47,553 bases of DNA, from positions 1 to 47,553 of the IMG/VR virus record IMGVR_UViG_3300043432_000037; one strand, written 5' to 3'. The notes beneath the pieces are model-generated. The model had not been told where the DNA came from and ran no database searches. It was given only the letters and a program-made list of their open reading frames with translations. A program made the position numbers and the translations under genes. This DNA is from a virus (taxonomy: Duplodnaviria > Caudoviricetes). Below are positions 34,368-42,462 of the stretch, one piece after another. Positions within the stretch are counted from its first letter, which is position 1. Every line of letters starts with the position of its first letter.

Positions 34368-34934
34368 TTACTCCAGAGTTTTGACCACCACATCTTCCAC
34401 ATGGTGAAAGCCTAGGCGTTTGGTTAAAGGGGTAATGTCTTTGTAAATCTTGAACGCAATATACATTTTGCCGGCACCCGCTGCTTTCGCAAAGGCTTCA
34501 GCGGCTCGGAACAGGCGCACGGCGTAACGGGCACGATGCTGGGGGCAAATGTAAAACATATCGCTACTGGCGATGCGCTTGCCACGGTAGTGCAGGGCTG
34601 GTCCAATGACCATGTTGAAGTAACCGGCAGGCTCGCCATCAACAGTCAGCACCACAATCATCAGCATGCCCTGGCGCTCCAACGAGTAATAGTAGGGATA
34701 GTCGGCATCGGGTTCCCAGTTTTTGTCTTGTCCAACCTCTTTCCAGTGTGCATGAAAGAAGCGGCCTTCCAGCTCTTGGCGCATGTAATCAACAGAGCGT
34801 AAGCTGCACTCAACTACAGGTGATTTCTCACCCGCATTATCAGCCTGTAATACGGGCATAAAACTTTCCAGTGGCTGGCCACGCTCAATAAACACTTCTT
34901 GACGCTCAAACTCTGAAAACAATCGGCGCATCAC
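34368..34934 (-). CDS. GNAT-family acetyltransferase in the virion operon
   Basis: HWKEV...DYPYY..LE..G...AGYF...LHY...SDMFYI.PQHR...LFRAAE..AKAAGA...RLGF. Confidence 0.8.
   Translation of the reverse strand: MMRRLFSEFERQEVFIERGQPLESFMPVLQADNAGEKSPVVECSLRSVDYMRQELEGRFFHAHWKEVGQDKNWEPDADYPYYYSLERQGMLMIVVLTVDGEPAGYFNMVIGPALHYRGKRIASSDMFYICPQHRARYAVRLFRAAEAFAKAAGAGKMYIAFKIYKDITPLTKRLGFHHVEDVVVKTLE
34824..34863. repeat. 40-bp dyad element, copy 11 (inside the GNAT ORF)
   Basis: TTTCTCACCCGCATTA-tcagcctg-TAATACGGGCATAAAA. Confidence 0.9.
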
Positions 34935-36580
34935 AAGGCTCCAGGCATTACTTCAACTTCCAAGCTGTAAAATCGCATTGGAGTGTTCCCTATATGCGTA
35001 AGCTGCCATGCCCGGCGCACAGCACTGCCACAGCGAACAAGTTGCTTTTTCGAAGTCGTTGTGTCGATCATTTGCACTGAACTGAATGTTGTGTAATCAT
35101 CATCAGTCCAGCTCAGAGACACCATGGAACTAACTGTATCCAGCAACGGATACGTCGCAGCAAAAATCTTGATACGTTGGTTGCCCCAGCTGTAGTTTGG
35201 TGTCTGAATCAGCACATTGATCTGTTGCCCATTGTCTTGATAAGTGCCTTCGTCAAGCTCCAGTACAGGTCCAGTTGGGTCTGGGAACTGCGCCTGCTCT
35301 GACGTAGGCGCAACAATGGAAACTGCGCGCAAAGCACCCTCGCCATATGGATAAGTTGTCTGTTGTGACCAGACATTCCAGTTTTTGGTAGTGATGTTGT
35401 AGACCAAGGTTTCTCCACCAGTTCCGACAGCTGATGCGGAGGGCGCTTGCACCGTCAAGGCATAGAATTCATGTCCGGCACTGCGGAACACTGAGCCACG
35501 CACGGCAGCTGGGGCGGGAACTGCTGGATACACGCCAGAATCCCCAAAGTCCAGCAAATTGGCAAAAAGTGCTGTCAAGAACCTATTAACCCCAGGCGTG
35601 GAAATCTCCGCGACAGCTGTACCTGTCAGTTGATAGATGCACAGCCCGCCAGTGATTGCTGTGCCAACCCAGAACAGCGACGAATGCGAAGACGCCAAGC
35701 TCATGGGAGCCTTTGCGGACATTCCGCAAGGCCCAGTCCCATTTTCGACTGGCAGTATTGGGGCACCTGGAGACACACCAGCATCGTAAAAGAACTGGTA
35801 CCCAAGCACACCAAAAGCCACAAGGTAATCACCGAGCTTGCCAAGTGCGACACCAGCCCCAATCGAATTGGAAATTGCAATGTAATTCAGGACTGGCCAA
35901 GTAGGTGCAGCGGTGCGGTCACTAGCCCAGATTTTGCCTTGAACGTCAAGAACGTACCAGAGACCCTTCAAGGTCACAATACCGGGTACGAGAGCTTGGG
36001 CAACGCTTCTGGCTGTGTAGAGGCGAAGGCCGTTTGTCCAGTTCCCAAAAATCACACCAGAGGCACACTGAATAGCCACAAACAGCCCGCCAGTAGCCGT
36101 AAGAATCTGACTACTGCCTGCAGGGGGTTCTGCCAACACAGCCCAGCACAAAACCACATCAGTGGAAGTAATGGCCCGAGTTGCAAATGTTGGCAACGTG
36201 TCTCCTGTCGGATTTGTTACTGTTGGTGTCGGGCCACCTGAAGTATACTGGTGGTCCATGTCCCCAGTCAGAAGCCGAAAATACTTCCCATTCCCTACAC
36301 CTACAACTTGACCTGGGTGGAAGTTCGAGAATTGTATGAAGGAAGCCTCTTGCCCAGCCGCTACCAGCAACGTGCCGCCAAGGGCCCCTGAGCAGTTGCC
36401 AACAGACTTCAACCCAGGGCGTTTAACCGAGTGTCCACCGCCTTCTGAATCACCTTCAGTGAAAACATTCTTGGCCCAAGCATCGGCTTGTTGCGTACCA
36501 GGGTCAGTTCCGCGCCAATCAAAGTCTACTGCAAGCGGAACTGACCGGATACTGTCATACGTTTGTGGTACCCCTGCCAT
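34931..36580 (-). CDS. Tail tubular / DNA stabilisation protein (P22 gp10-like)
   Basis: KRPGL near the N-terminus, beta-rich; GHEFYALT..TLVYN...W; LSWTDDDY..FS; RCGS..RR. Confidence 0.75.
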   Translation of the reverse strand: MAGVPQTYDSIRSVPLAVDFDWRGTDPGTQQADAWAKNVFTEGDSEGGGHSVKRPGLKSVGNCSGALGGTLLVAAGQEASFIQFSNFHPGQVVGVGNGKYFRLLTGDMDHQYTSGGPTPTVTNPTGDTLPTFATRAITSTDVVLCWAVLAEPPAGSSQILTATGGLFVAIQCASGVIFGNWTNGLRLYTARSVAQALVPGIVTLKGLWYVLDVQGKIWASDRTAAPTWPVLNYIAISNSIGAGVALGKLGDYLVAFGVLGYQFFYDAGVSPGAPILPVENGTGPCGMSAKAPMSLASSHSSLFWVGTAITGGLCIYQLTGTAVAEISTPGVNRFLTALFANLLDFGDSGVYPAVPAPAAVRGSVFRSAGHEFYALTVQAPSASAVGTGGETLVYNITTKNWNVWSQQTTYPYGEGALRAVSIVAPTSEQAQFPDPTGPVLELDEGTYQDNGQQINVLIQTPNYSWGNQRIKIFAATYPLLDTVSSMVSLSWTDDDYTTFSSVQMIDTTTSKKQLVRCGSAVRRAWQLTHIGNTPMRFYSLEVEVMPGAL

Positions 36581-36582
36581 AT

Positions 36583-37278
36583 TTATCCCCGCTCACTTGG
36601 TGTAAAATAAGTGCTAACGTCTTCGCGTTCTTCTGCAAAGAACGCCTCAAAAGATGACCGAGCCTTCATTGAAATCTCTGCCCGCATATCTGCTGGAGTC
36701 AAGTATTCTAAGGCAATTTCGTCCGCCAGACACCACTTCAGCATGTGATAGGCTTCTTGCGGAAAGTCCGGGTTATCCGTGGCAAGGTTCATGTCCTGGA
36801 TTTGCCGCTGCACGTCAACGTACAGTGTGTGCGTCAAGTCCGCTGGTACATTGTAGACTGTCAGTGTGCTGGCACTCAGTTGTGGGTCATAGTAGACCTG
36901 ATTCGGCACACCAGTTGCTGTTTTTTGCCCCAGTGTGTTGTAGTCGTCACGAGCTTCAATTGCCACTGTGGTGTCGCTACCAGCAGAGTCCCGGATGTAT
37001 GCAAACAGTATCCGCAGTGGACGCACTTGCCCAGTAATGGTCGACAGGTTGTAAGTCGCTGTCCCTGTGACCAGTGGAATCGCTACACGCTGGATGCACC
37101 ACAAAGGTCGCTGGTTCTTAACCATCCCTTTGATAATAATATTCAGCGCCTGCATCACATTCGCCGTGTCTGCTACTGGAATGGTGTCGTAAGAGGCAAA
37201 CCGACCAGTCTGACGCAAGGCTGACGTCACCAAGTCATTGGCAGACATGCCAAAAGAGTACGTTCCACTGGTTGCCAT
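36583..37278 (-). CDS. Head-tail adaptor / tail tubular protein A-like
   Basis: MATSGTYSF...ALR..G...ALN...DYNTLGQK..TGVPNQVYYD...PDFPQE. Confidence 0.75.
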   Translation of the reverse strand: MATSGTYSFGMSANDLVTSALRQTGRFASYDTIPVADTANVMQALNIIIKGMVKNQRPLWCIQRVAIPLVTGTATYNLSTITGQVRPLRILFAYIRDSAGSDTTVAIEARDDYNTLGQKTATGVPNQVYYDPQLSASTLTVYNVPADLTHTLYVDVQRQIQDMNLATDNPDFPQEAYHMLKWCLADEIALEYLTPADMRAEISMKARSSFEAFFAEEREDVSTYFTPSERG

Positions 37279-37415
37279 TATCGTCCTTTAGGCAGTTTTT
37301 GCTTTTGCGGTGAGGCCAAGCCAGCAAGCGCAGCTAGACTTTTGCCTAACTGCGCTCTGGACTGTGGTTTCACCGGAGTGGGCGCTTCGCGCTGTTGCTT
37401 TGGTTTCGTGGCCAT
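37278..37415 (-). CDS. Small basic protein (45 aa), not in the ORF track
   Basis: GGAG SD; MATKPKQQREAP...KLPKGR; TAATG overlap with the next gene. Confidence 0.55.
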   Translation of the reverse strand: MATKPKQQREAPTPVKPQSRAQLGKSLAALAGLASPQKQKLPKGR

Positions 37416-37436
37416 CGCGTTCTCCAGTTGTTATGA

Positions 37437-37853
37437 CTACAAGGTGCCTTGTTTCTTCAGAGAAATGATCAAGGTGAATGAGACTGTAGCAGCTGCCGCC
37501 CAGCCCTGTGTGGACATGAAGATTTTACCTGTACGTCCAGCCCCAGAGTTGTTTGTCAGGCCCCCAAAACGCTCGTACTTCTCAGTACCTCGGCCATCCA
37601 GTTCCACCATCCGCGAGGGAGTGGTGGCGTCCCAGTCCAACCGCACTTCCAGTGTATCCTCGATGGAATACTGAATGCGATCGACAATGAGACCCAGAGG
37701 CTTGACCAACCCCGTATTGTCCATGCCGGCCAGTGTGCTGGGGTCGACAAGAAGTGTACGGGCCAAGTCTGAAGTATCAAGAATACCCTCGACCTTGATG
37801 ACGCAGTTACGCGGACCATCAAGGACAGTTTGAATGTTGACTGAGTTAGCCAT
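37437..37853 (-). CDS. Virion structural protein
   Basis: MANSVNIQTVLDGPRNCVIK...GGLTNNSGAGRTGKI motif; AAGGAG SD. Confidence 0.8.
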   Translation of the reverse strand: MANSVNIQTVLDGPRNCVIKVEGILDTSDLARTLLVDPSTLAGMDNTGLVKPLGLIVDRIQYSIEDTLEVRLDWDATTPSRMVELDGRGTEKYERFGGLTNNSGAGRTGKIFMSTQGWAAAATVSFTLIISLKKQGTL

Positions 37854-37868
37854 CGAGGGTTCTCCTTA

Positions 37869-38627
37869 TCAGCGGTTACGAACAACAGTCACGTAGTCCA
37901 CGCCAAAAGTGCGGGCTGCGGCTGTGCTGTTCAAGATGCCGAACGAAGGGTTGAGCAAGACCTGGGTGAGGGCTGCGGGAACAGCCAAGGCCACGCGACC
38001 ACGCGCACTCATTGTGGGAGTGCTTGTAGACACAGGGTCAATTTGCTGCCAGTCCGGTCCAGTGCTTGGGTTGTAGAAAGCTTCAACAGAACCGTTGGAA
38101 TCGACGTGGAAGCCGATTTCAAAGGGAACGTTGTTTGCTACTACGCAAGCCGCTGGGAAAGCCGCTACTGTAGCCACGCCGCCGATGACGCAGTTCAGCT
38201 GCAATGCACCAGAGCCTGTGGGCTTGCTGATGTAAATGCCGTCAGTGGTTGTCAACGGTGTGGCGCCAGTCGCAATCAAACCGCCGTACACAACACTGTT
38301 CGCAACTTCAGACAAGATGCCGTTGAGCTTGAACCAGATGTCCTTGCCGGCAACAGCTTTGAACGAAGCCGCGGTCAGTTGATTGTAAACAGCGTCTGCG
38401 GCACCTGCAGTTGTCGTCAACAGCAGTTGGCCACCATCAACAGCAGCCAAAGCCGCGGTTCCGGTACCTACTTTTGTGACTGTCCAGTCTGCGGCAGCAT
38501 ACACGTCGAAGTCGTTGTGATAAACGTGTGCCCAGGAAGGGTCAGGAATGCCTGCTTGCCCCATCGTCTGATAGAGTGCAGCATTTGTAACCCCATTGGG
38601 TATCCGTGTGGTAAGGGTATCAGCCAT
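37869..38627 (-). CDS. Virion structural protein (post-capsid gene)
   Basis: TTRIPNGVTN...PDPSWAHVYHNDFD..AADWTVT; AAGGA SD. Confidence 0.8.
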   Translation of the reverse strand: MADTLTTRIPNGVTNAALYQTMGQAGIPDPSWAHVYHNDFDVYAAADWTVTKVGTGTAALAAVDGGQLLLTTTAGAADAVYNQLTAASFKAVAGKDIWFKLNGILSEVANSVVYGGLIATGATPLTTTDGIYISKPTGSGALQLNCVIGGVATVAAFPAACVVANNVPFEIGFHVDSNGSVEAFYNPSTGPDWQQIDPVSTSTPTMSARGRVALAVPAALTQVLLNPSFGILNSTAAARTFGVDYVTVVRNR

Positions 38628-38652
38628 GGAAGTTCCTTGAAAAGGTTTGGAG

Positions 38653-38692
38653 TTTCATGCCCGCATTAAGGATTAATAATGCGGGCATGAAA
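38653..38692. repeat. 40-bp dyad element, copy 12 (perfect arms, just after the capsid gene)
   Basis: TTTCATGCCCGCATTA-aggattaa-TAATGCGGGCATGAAA. Confidence 0.92.
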
Positions 38693-38703
38693 TGGACCAC
38701 TAC

Positions 38704-39618
38704 TTACGCAGCGTTGGACCCGTACAGGCCGCGAGGATTCACCCACAGGAAGGTATAACGCTCATACGCGCCGACCTTGAAGTTGCGGGTATCAGCATCA
38801 TTGTCTTCCCAGATGTCCAAACCTTCACGCTCTTGCCAGATCAGACCTTCCTGAGCGTTTGTGGTAATGAACCAGGGGCCGGAACCAGTCAGGTACGGGC
38901 ACACAACAGCACCACCGGACAGCAACGATTGCACGTTGATGGGGTTGATGTCGTTGTTGTTGCTGCCAACTTGCTTAGGCGTACCCAAGATGCGATCAGC
39001 GTTGAACTTGTTGTACGGATGCACAACCAGTTTGTCGCCCATCAGCGGCTCGATGTAGCCCTTGTCGTCTTTGGCTTGCATCATCAAAATGAGCATGTCT
39101 TCCAAAGCTGCTTGTGACAGCGCGGAGTCCACAGCCAATTTGTTTTGCCATGTGCCACCGCTGAAGTTGGGGTGAGACACGTTCAGCAACGTAACGCCAT
39201 CACCACCGTTGTAGCCAGCGGTAAACGCGCGGTTGTACACGTTGGCTGCATTGATGTTGCGGGTTTCGTCGAAGGCGCGGCGCAATTTCAGCGTGCGATT
39301 CTTGGTCAACTTCATGTAGAGGTTGTCCTTCAGCTCTTCGTGAGTGGTGATGATACCCAGGCCATAAGCCACGTTGGTACCACGAGTCACGAAGCCTTGT
39401 TGCATACCATCATAAGAGATGGGCTGACCTTCGGGCTTGACGACCGCGATACCTGGACCGACGGACTGCACGTATTCCTCGTAGTTCTTCGTCGAAGTTT
39501 CCTTCTTGAAGAGCAGAGGTGCGAATTGTGGGGCAGACGATGCTGCGGAATCCCACCAAGCTTTGACGCCTTCCCAAAGTGCCTTGGGATACGAACCGGT
39601 ATTTACTGGACCTGCCAT
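38704..39618 (-). CDS. Major capsid protein (HK97 fold, Mu gpT-like)
   Basis: S.KNYEE...KPEGQPISYD...YGLG.ITT.E..DNLY...AANVYNRAF...GGDGV.L...HP...ERY.F.W.NPRG.YGS. Confidence 0.88.
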   Translation of the reverse strand: MAGPVNTGSYPKALWEGVKAWWDSAASSAPQFAPLLFKKETSTKNYEEYVQSVGPGIAVVKPEGQPISYDGMQQGFVTRGTNVAYGLGIITTHEELKDNLYMKLTKNRTLKLRRAFDETRNINAANVYNRAFTAGYNGGDGVTLLNVSHPNFSGGTWQNKLAVDSALSQAALEDMLILMMQAKDDKGYIEPLMGDKLVVHPYNKFNADRILGTPKQVGSNNNDINPINVQSLLSGGAVVCPYLTGSGPWFITTNAQEGLIWQEREGLDIWEDNDADTRNFKVGAYERYTFLWVNPRGLYGSNAA

Positions 39619-39649
39619 GACAGATACTCCTTAGTTGAAAATGTTGAAA

Positions 39650-40258
39650 TCAGACGCCAGCGGTGTTAGGACCGCCAAACTCGTGCTGGTTGAAGATCAC
39701 TGCCCACAGTGCGTTTTTGCCGTAGGCATTGCCAGGCTTTTGCACCAGACCGATGATCTTCAAGTTCAGACCTTGCGTGACTGCCACAGAGCTGGTCAGC
39801 AAGACAGACGCAGAGTTTTGGCCAGGTGCTGTGGGGTTAGTCACAGTGAACGAGGCGTTCTTGTTGCAGGCAGCGGATGTCAGGGCAGACACACCATCGT
39901 CAGCAACTTCGAAGATCAAATCTGGGTCATCCGCAACCAGGATGTAGTAGTCCTTGGTTTTGGCTGCGGGGATGTTTTGGATGGTCAAGTCCAAGTTCGT
40001 TCCCACGAGCGATGGTGCATTGTAGCCAGAGGCCAACACACCAACAATCACACCACGCACTGTATCAGTACCGGCGGCTTTTTGCATGTAGGGGATACCG
40101 TTGGCATCACCACCTGCAGCGGACTTCACAGGGTCGCCAACGTTCAGCTGCGTGACATCCGAAGACGGTACGCAGTACATGTTGCAGGCGCCTGTGTAAG
40201 GGTTTGCGTTACGATAACGCGAGGGCACGAAGCCCTTGGGTTGCACAATATTTGGCAT
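39650..40258 (-). CDS. Capsid decoration / auxiliary head protein
   Basis: PKGFVP..GDPV..VRGVIVG..VADDPDLIFEV; immediately upstream of the capsid gene. Confidence 0.7.
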   Translation of the reverse strand: MPNIVQPKGFVPSRYRNANPYTGACNMYCVPSSDVTQLNVGDPVKSAAGGDANGIPYMQKAAGTDTVRGVIVGVLASGYNAPSLVGTNLDLTIQNIPAAKTKDYYILVADDPDLIFEVADDGVSALTSAACNKNASFTVTNPTAPGQNSASVLLTSSVAVTQGLNLKIIGLVQKPGNAYGKNALWAVIFNQHEFGGPNTAGV

Positions 40259-40282
40259 TTACAAGTTCCTTGTGAAAGGGGG

Positions 40283-40831
40283 TTAAACTTTTGCGTTCGT
40301 TTCCAGGTAAGACGACACGCCTTTCGGTGTGTACTGCCCGTCCTGGGGTTTCATGCGGCCACTGCGAATCTGCTCGTCCCACTCATTAGCTTGTTGTTGG
40401 TCGGCAGCTTTCCGGGCGTTCCATATCTCATTGGGGCATTTCAGCAAATAAGCACGCAGTGGGCTACCGTCTTCACGGCGACCGACATAGCGGCTGATGC
40501 GATTTGCCAAGTCCATATCTGCTACCAGGTCCGAGGCCCGGTTTACTTCGCCAGGGGCGACGAAATCAAACCCTTGGAACAGGAGGTCCTCGATCTTGCC
40601 GTCTTCGTCGTTTTCCCAGTACAAATGGTGTCCGTCGATGGAACCACTGACTGCGAGTTTCAGACGATGACCACCAAGATCAGGAGCGCGTTCACGTTGG
40701 GCACCTTTGGTGTTGCGTTCGCTGTCGCGTTGCGCTATGGCTGCTACCCGGCGTTGCTTGGCCAAAGCAAAACGGTCGTTTGCGGTGGCTTCCAGGGCGT
40801 CGGATTTTGGGGTTTGGTTGGCTTCGGACAT
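40283..40831 (-). CDS. Head-morphogenesis region protein
   Basis: GHHLYWENDEDGKI...GFDFV...VGRREDGSPLRAYLLKCP.E.W. Confidence 0.75.
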   Translation of the reverse strand: MSEANQTPKSDALEATANDRFALAKQRRVAAIAQRDSERNTKGAQRERAPDLGGHRLKLAVSGSIDGHHLYWENDEDGKIEDLLFQGFDFVAPGEVNRASDLVADMDLANRISRYVGRREDGSPLRAYLLKCPNEIWNARKAADQQQANEWDEQIRSGRMKPQDGQYTPKGVSSYLETNAKV

Positions 40832-40832
40832 A

Positions 40833-41789
40833 TTAACTATTCCTTGAGAAGTAAGACTTCAAAAATTGCTCTTTGGTGTACAGACCATCCTTGACAAATT
40901 GCCGCATGAGCGCCAAATCTTCTGCAGGGAGGTCCCGTTCAGTTTTTCCATTGTAACCGCCGGAATTTGGATTGCCAGTGCCACCCTGCCCGGCACCTTC
41001 GGTGGAGACATTGCGGCTGCCTGAAGGTGTTTGCAGTGCCTTGAAACGGCGCGGGAAGTCGCTTTTGACTTGCGCGGCCACCATTTCCAGGAAGGCTCGG
41101 CCAATTGCCTTTTCGCCGTTTGCGCGGAACTGTTTGCCCACGGCAATGGCGTGCTTGGTCAGGACTTCATCGGTCTGGAACCACTCGTTGCCTTCGGCAA
41201 TCCATTCCACAAGCACAGGGTCTGTGGTTGGTGTGGCTGCAGCCGCTGTTTCATCGGTTTTGTCTGCGGCAGCTGCTGCCGCCTCTTCCTTGAGGGAGGC
41301 TTGCTGCTTGCGCGTTGTGTCGATGCGGTCTTCGAGTTCCAGTGCCAGCTCGTCGTCACCATCACGAATGGCGGCTTTGTGCTGCAACCGCAATGTTTGG
41401 ATAGCTTCGGCATGTTCCTTGTCGCGCTTGGCCATCTGCTCGTCGAAGAACTTACGGAACTGTGCTTTGGTACCCTCAAAGGAGTCGATTTTGCGCTGCA
41501 GTGTCTCGATTTCGCCTTGCAGTTTCTTGGTGAAGCGCTCGCCACGCTCGACAAAAGTCTGAGCATCGACCCATTTGCCTTCTGGTCCGGTGTACTCGGA
41601 CTCTGGCCGCCAGCCTTTGCGTCGAGCCTCGTACTCATAGTCGTGCACTTCCTGTTTTGCTGCAGGCTTTTGCTCGCCCGCAGCGTCTTCCAGAAGCAAC
41701 TCGCGTGCTGTAACGTCGATGCTTTCTAGTTCAGCCTCGATTTCCGCAGCAGTGCGCCCGGCTGGTGTACCATTGTTTTCAATTGTCAT
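40833..41789 (-). CDS. Capsid scaffolding protein
   Basis: EARRKGWRPESE..G...WVDAQTFV, coiled coil, W...NEWF; lies between portal and capsid genes. Confidence 0.75.
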   Translation of the reverse strand: MTIENNGTPAGRTAAEIEAELESIDVTARELLLEDAAGEQKPAAKQEVHDYEYEARRKGWRPESEYTGPEGKWVDAQTFVERGERFTKKLQGEIETLQRKIDSFEGTKAQFRKFFDEQMAKRDKEHAEAIQTLRLQHKAAIRDGDDELALELEDRIDTTRKQQASLKEEAAAAAADKTDETAAAATPTTDPVLVEWIAEGNEWFQTDEVLTKHAIAVGKQFRANGEKAIGRAFLEMVAAQVKSDFPRRFKALQTPSGSRNVSTEGAGQGGTGNPNSGGYNGKTERDLPAEDLALMRQFVKDGLYTKEQFLKSYFSRNS

Positions 41790-41812
41790 GTCTTACTCCA
41801 AAAATAATTGAG

Positions 41813-41852
41813 TTTCTCACCCGTATTAAGGATTGATAATACGGGTGAGAAA
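41813..41852. repeat. 40-bp dyad element, copy 13 (perfect arms)
   Basis: TTTCTCACCCGTATTA-aggattga-TAATACGGGTGAGAAA. Confidence 0.92.
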
Positions 41853-41855
41853 TGC

Positions 41856-42221
41856 CTACACCTTGACCAAGGGTGTGATAATGTCCAAGTCTTGCACAAA
41901 ACGGTAAGTCTTGCCGTCAACAGGGCTTTCATGGAACTTGCCAGTGTACTGACCCACCAACACCTTGTCGCCGACTTCGCAAAAATCAGTGCTCTTGTCG
42001 GACCAGGCATCGTGTCCAATCTCGATCACTGTGGCCCAGACCTGATGCTGCTGTTCTTTGTCCTGCGTGCTCTTGACCAGCAAGATGCCGCCGGCAGAAG
42101 TTTCTTCCTTTTGCTCGCCCAGCAGCAGCACCCGGTGGCCGCAGGCCCGGAAGCCACTCTTGTTTGTCGCAACTGGCCCTTTGACACCGCGCCAGCCCAG
42201 TTCTCGTACTTCACTCGTCAT
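41856..42221 (-). CDS. groES: GroES/Cpn10 co-chaperonin-like protein
   Basis: GHRVLL...EETSAGGILL mobile loop, ATVIEIG, VGDKVL..QYTG, DGKTYRFVQDLDII; AGGAG SD. Confidence 0.85.
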   Translation of the reverse strand: MTSEVRELGWRGVKGPVATNKSGFRACGHRVLLLGEQKEETSAGGILLVKSTQDKEQQHQVWATVIEIGHDAWSDKSTDFCEVGDKVLVGQYTGKFHESPVDGKTYRFVQDLDIITPLVKV

Positions 42222-42462
42222 TGTCGTTCTCCTGTTCAGTTGGCTTAATTTCGCAATCAGCAATGGCATCCATCACCTTACGCAATGCTCGGACTTCCGC
42301 CAAAGCCGCTGTGTTTGTGTTAACTTCCGTGAAGGCTTGCTGCGACCAGCTTTCCTTTACTTCCTCCACAGCGTCTTTCAGACTAGCCACAAACGCTTGC
42401 GTTGCGGGACTCTTTGCCCATTGGTCCCAATCATTGGGGCTTAGGTGCGGGTTTACTGCCAT
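42211..42462 (-). CDS. Hypothetical protein downstream of the portal
   Basis: AGGAG SD; W.QWAKSPATQAF motif. Confidence 0.75.
   Translation of the reverse strand: MAVNPHLSPNDWDQWAKSPATQAFVASLKDAVEEVKESWSQQAFTEVNTNTAALAEVRALRKVMDAIADCEIKPTEQENDNDE

Noticed and set aside
34368-34934. GNAT in the virion operon as a novelty
   Set aside because: Acetyltransferase-like genes between tail tubular and ejection genes are a known podovirus arrangement.
38653-38692. Dyads as ordinary intrinsic terminators
   Set aside because: Most copies have mismatched arms, a fixed 8-bp spacer and only 3-4 terminal T, and several lie right beside true terminators. Copies 12 and 13 could still form hairpins.
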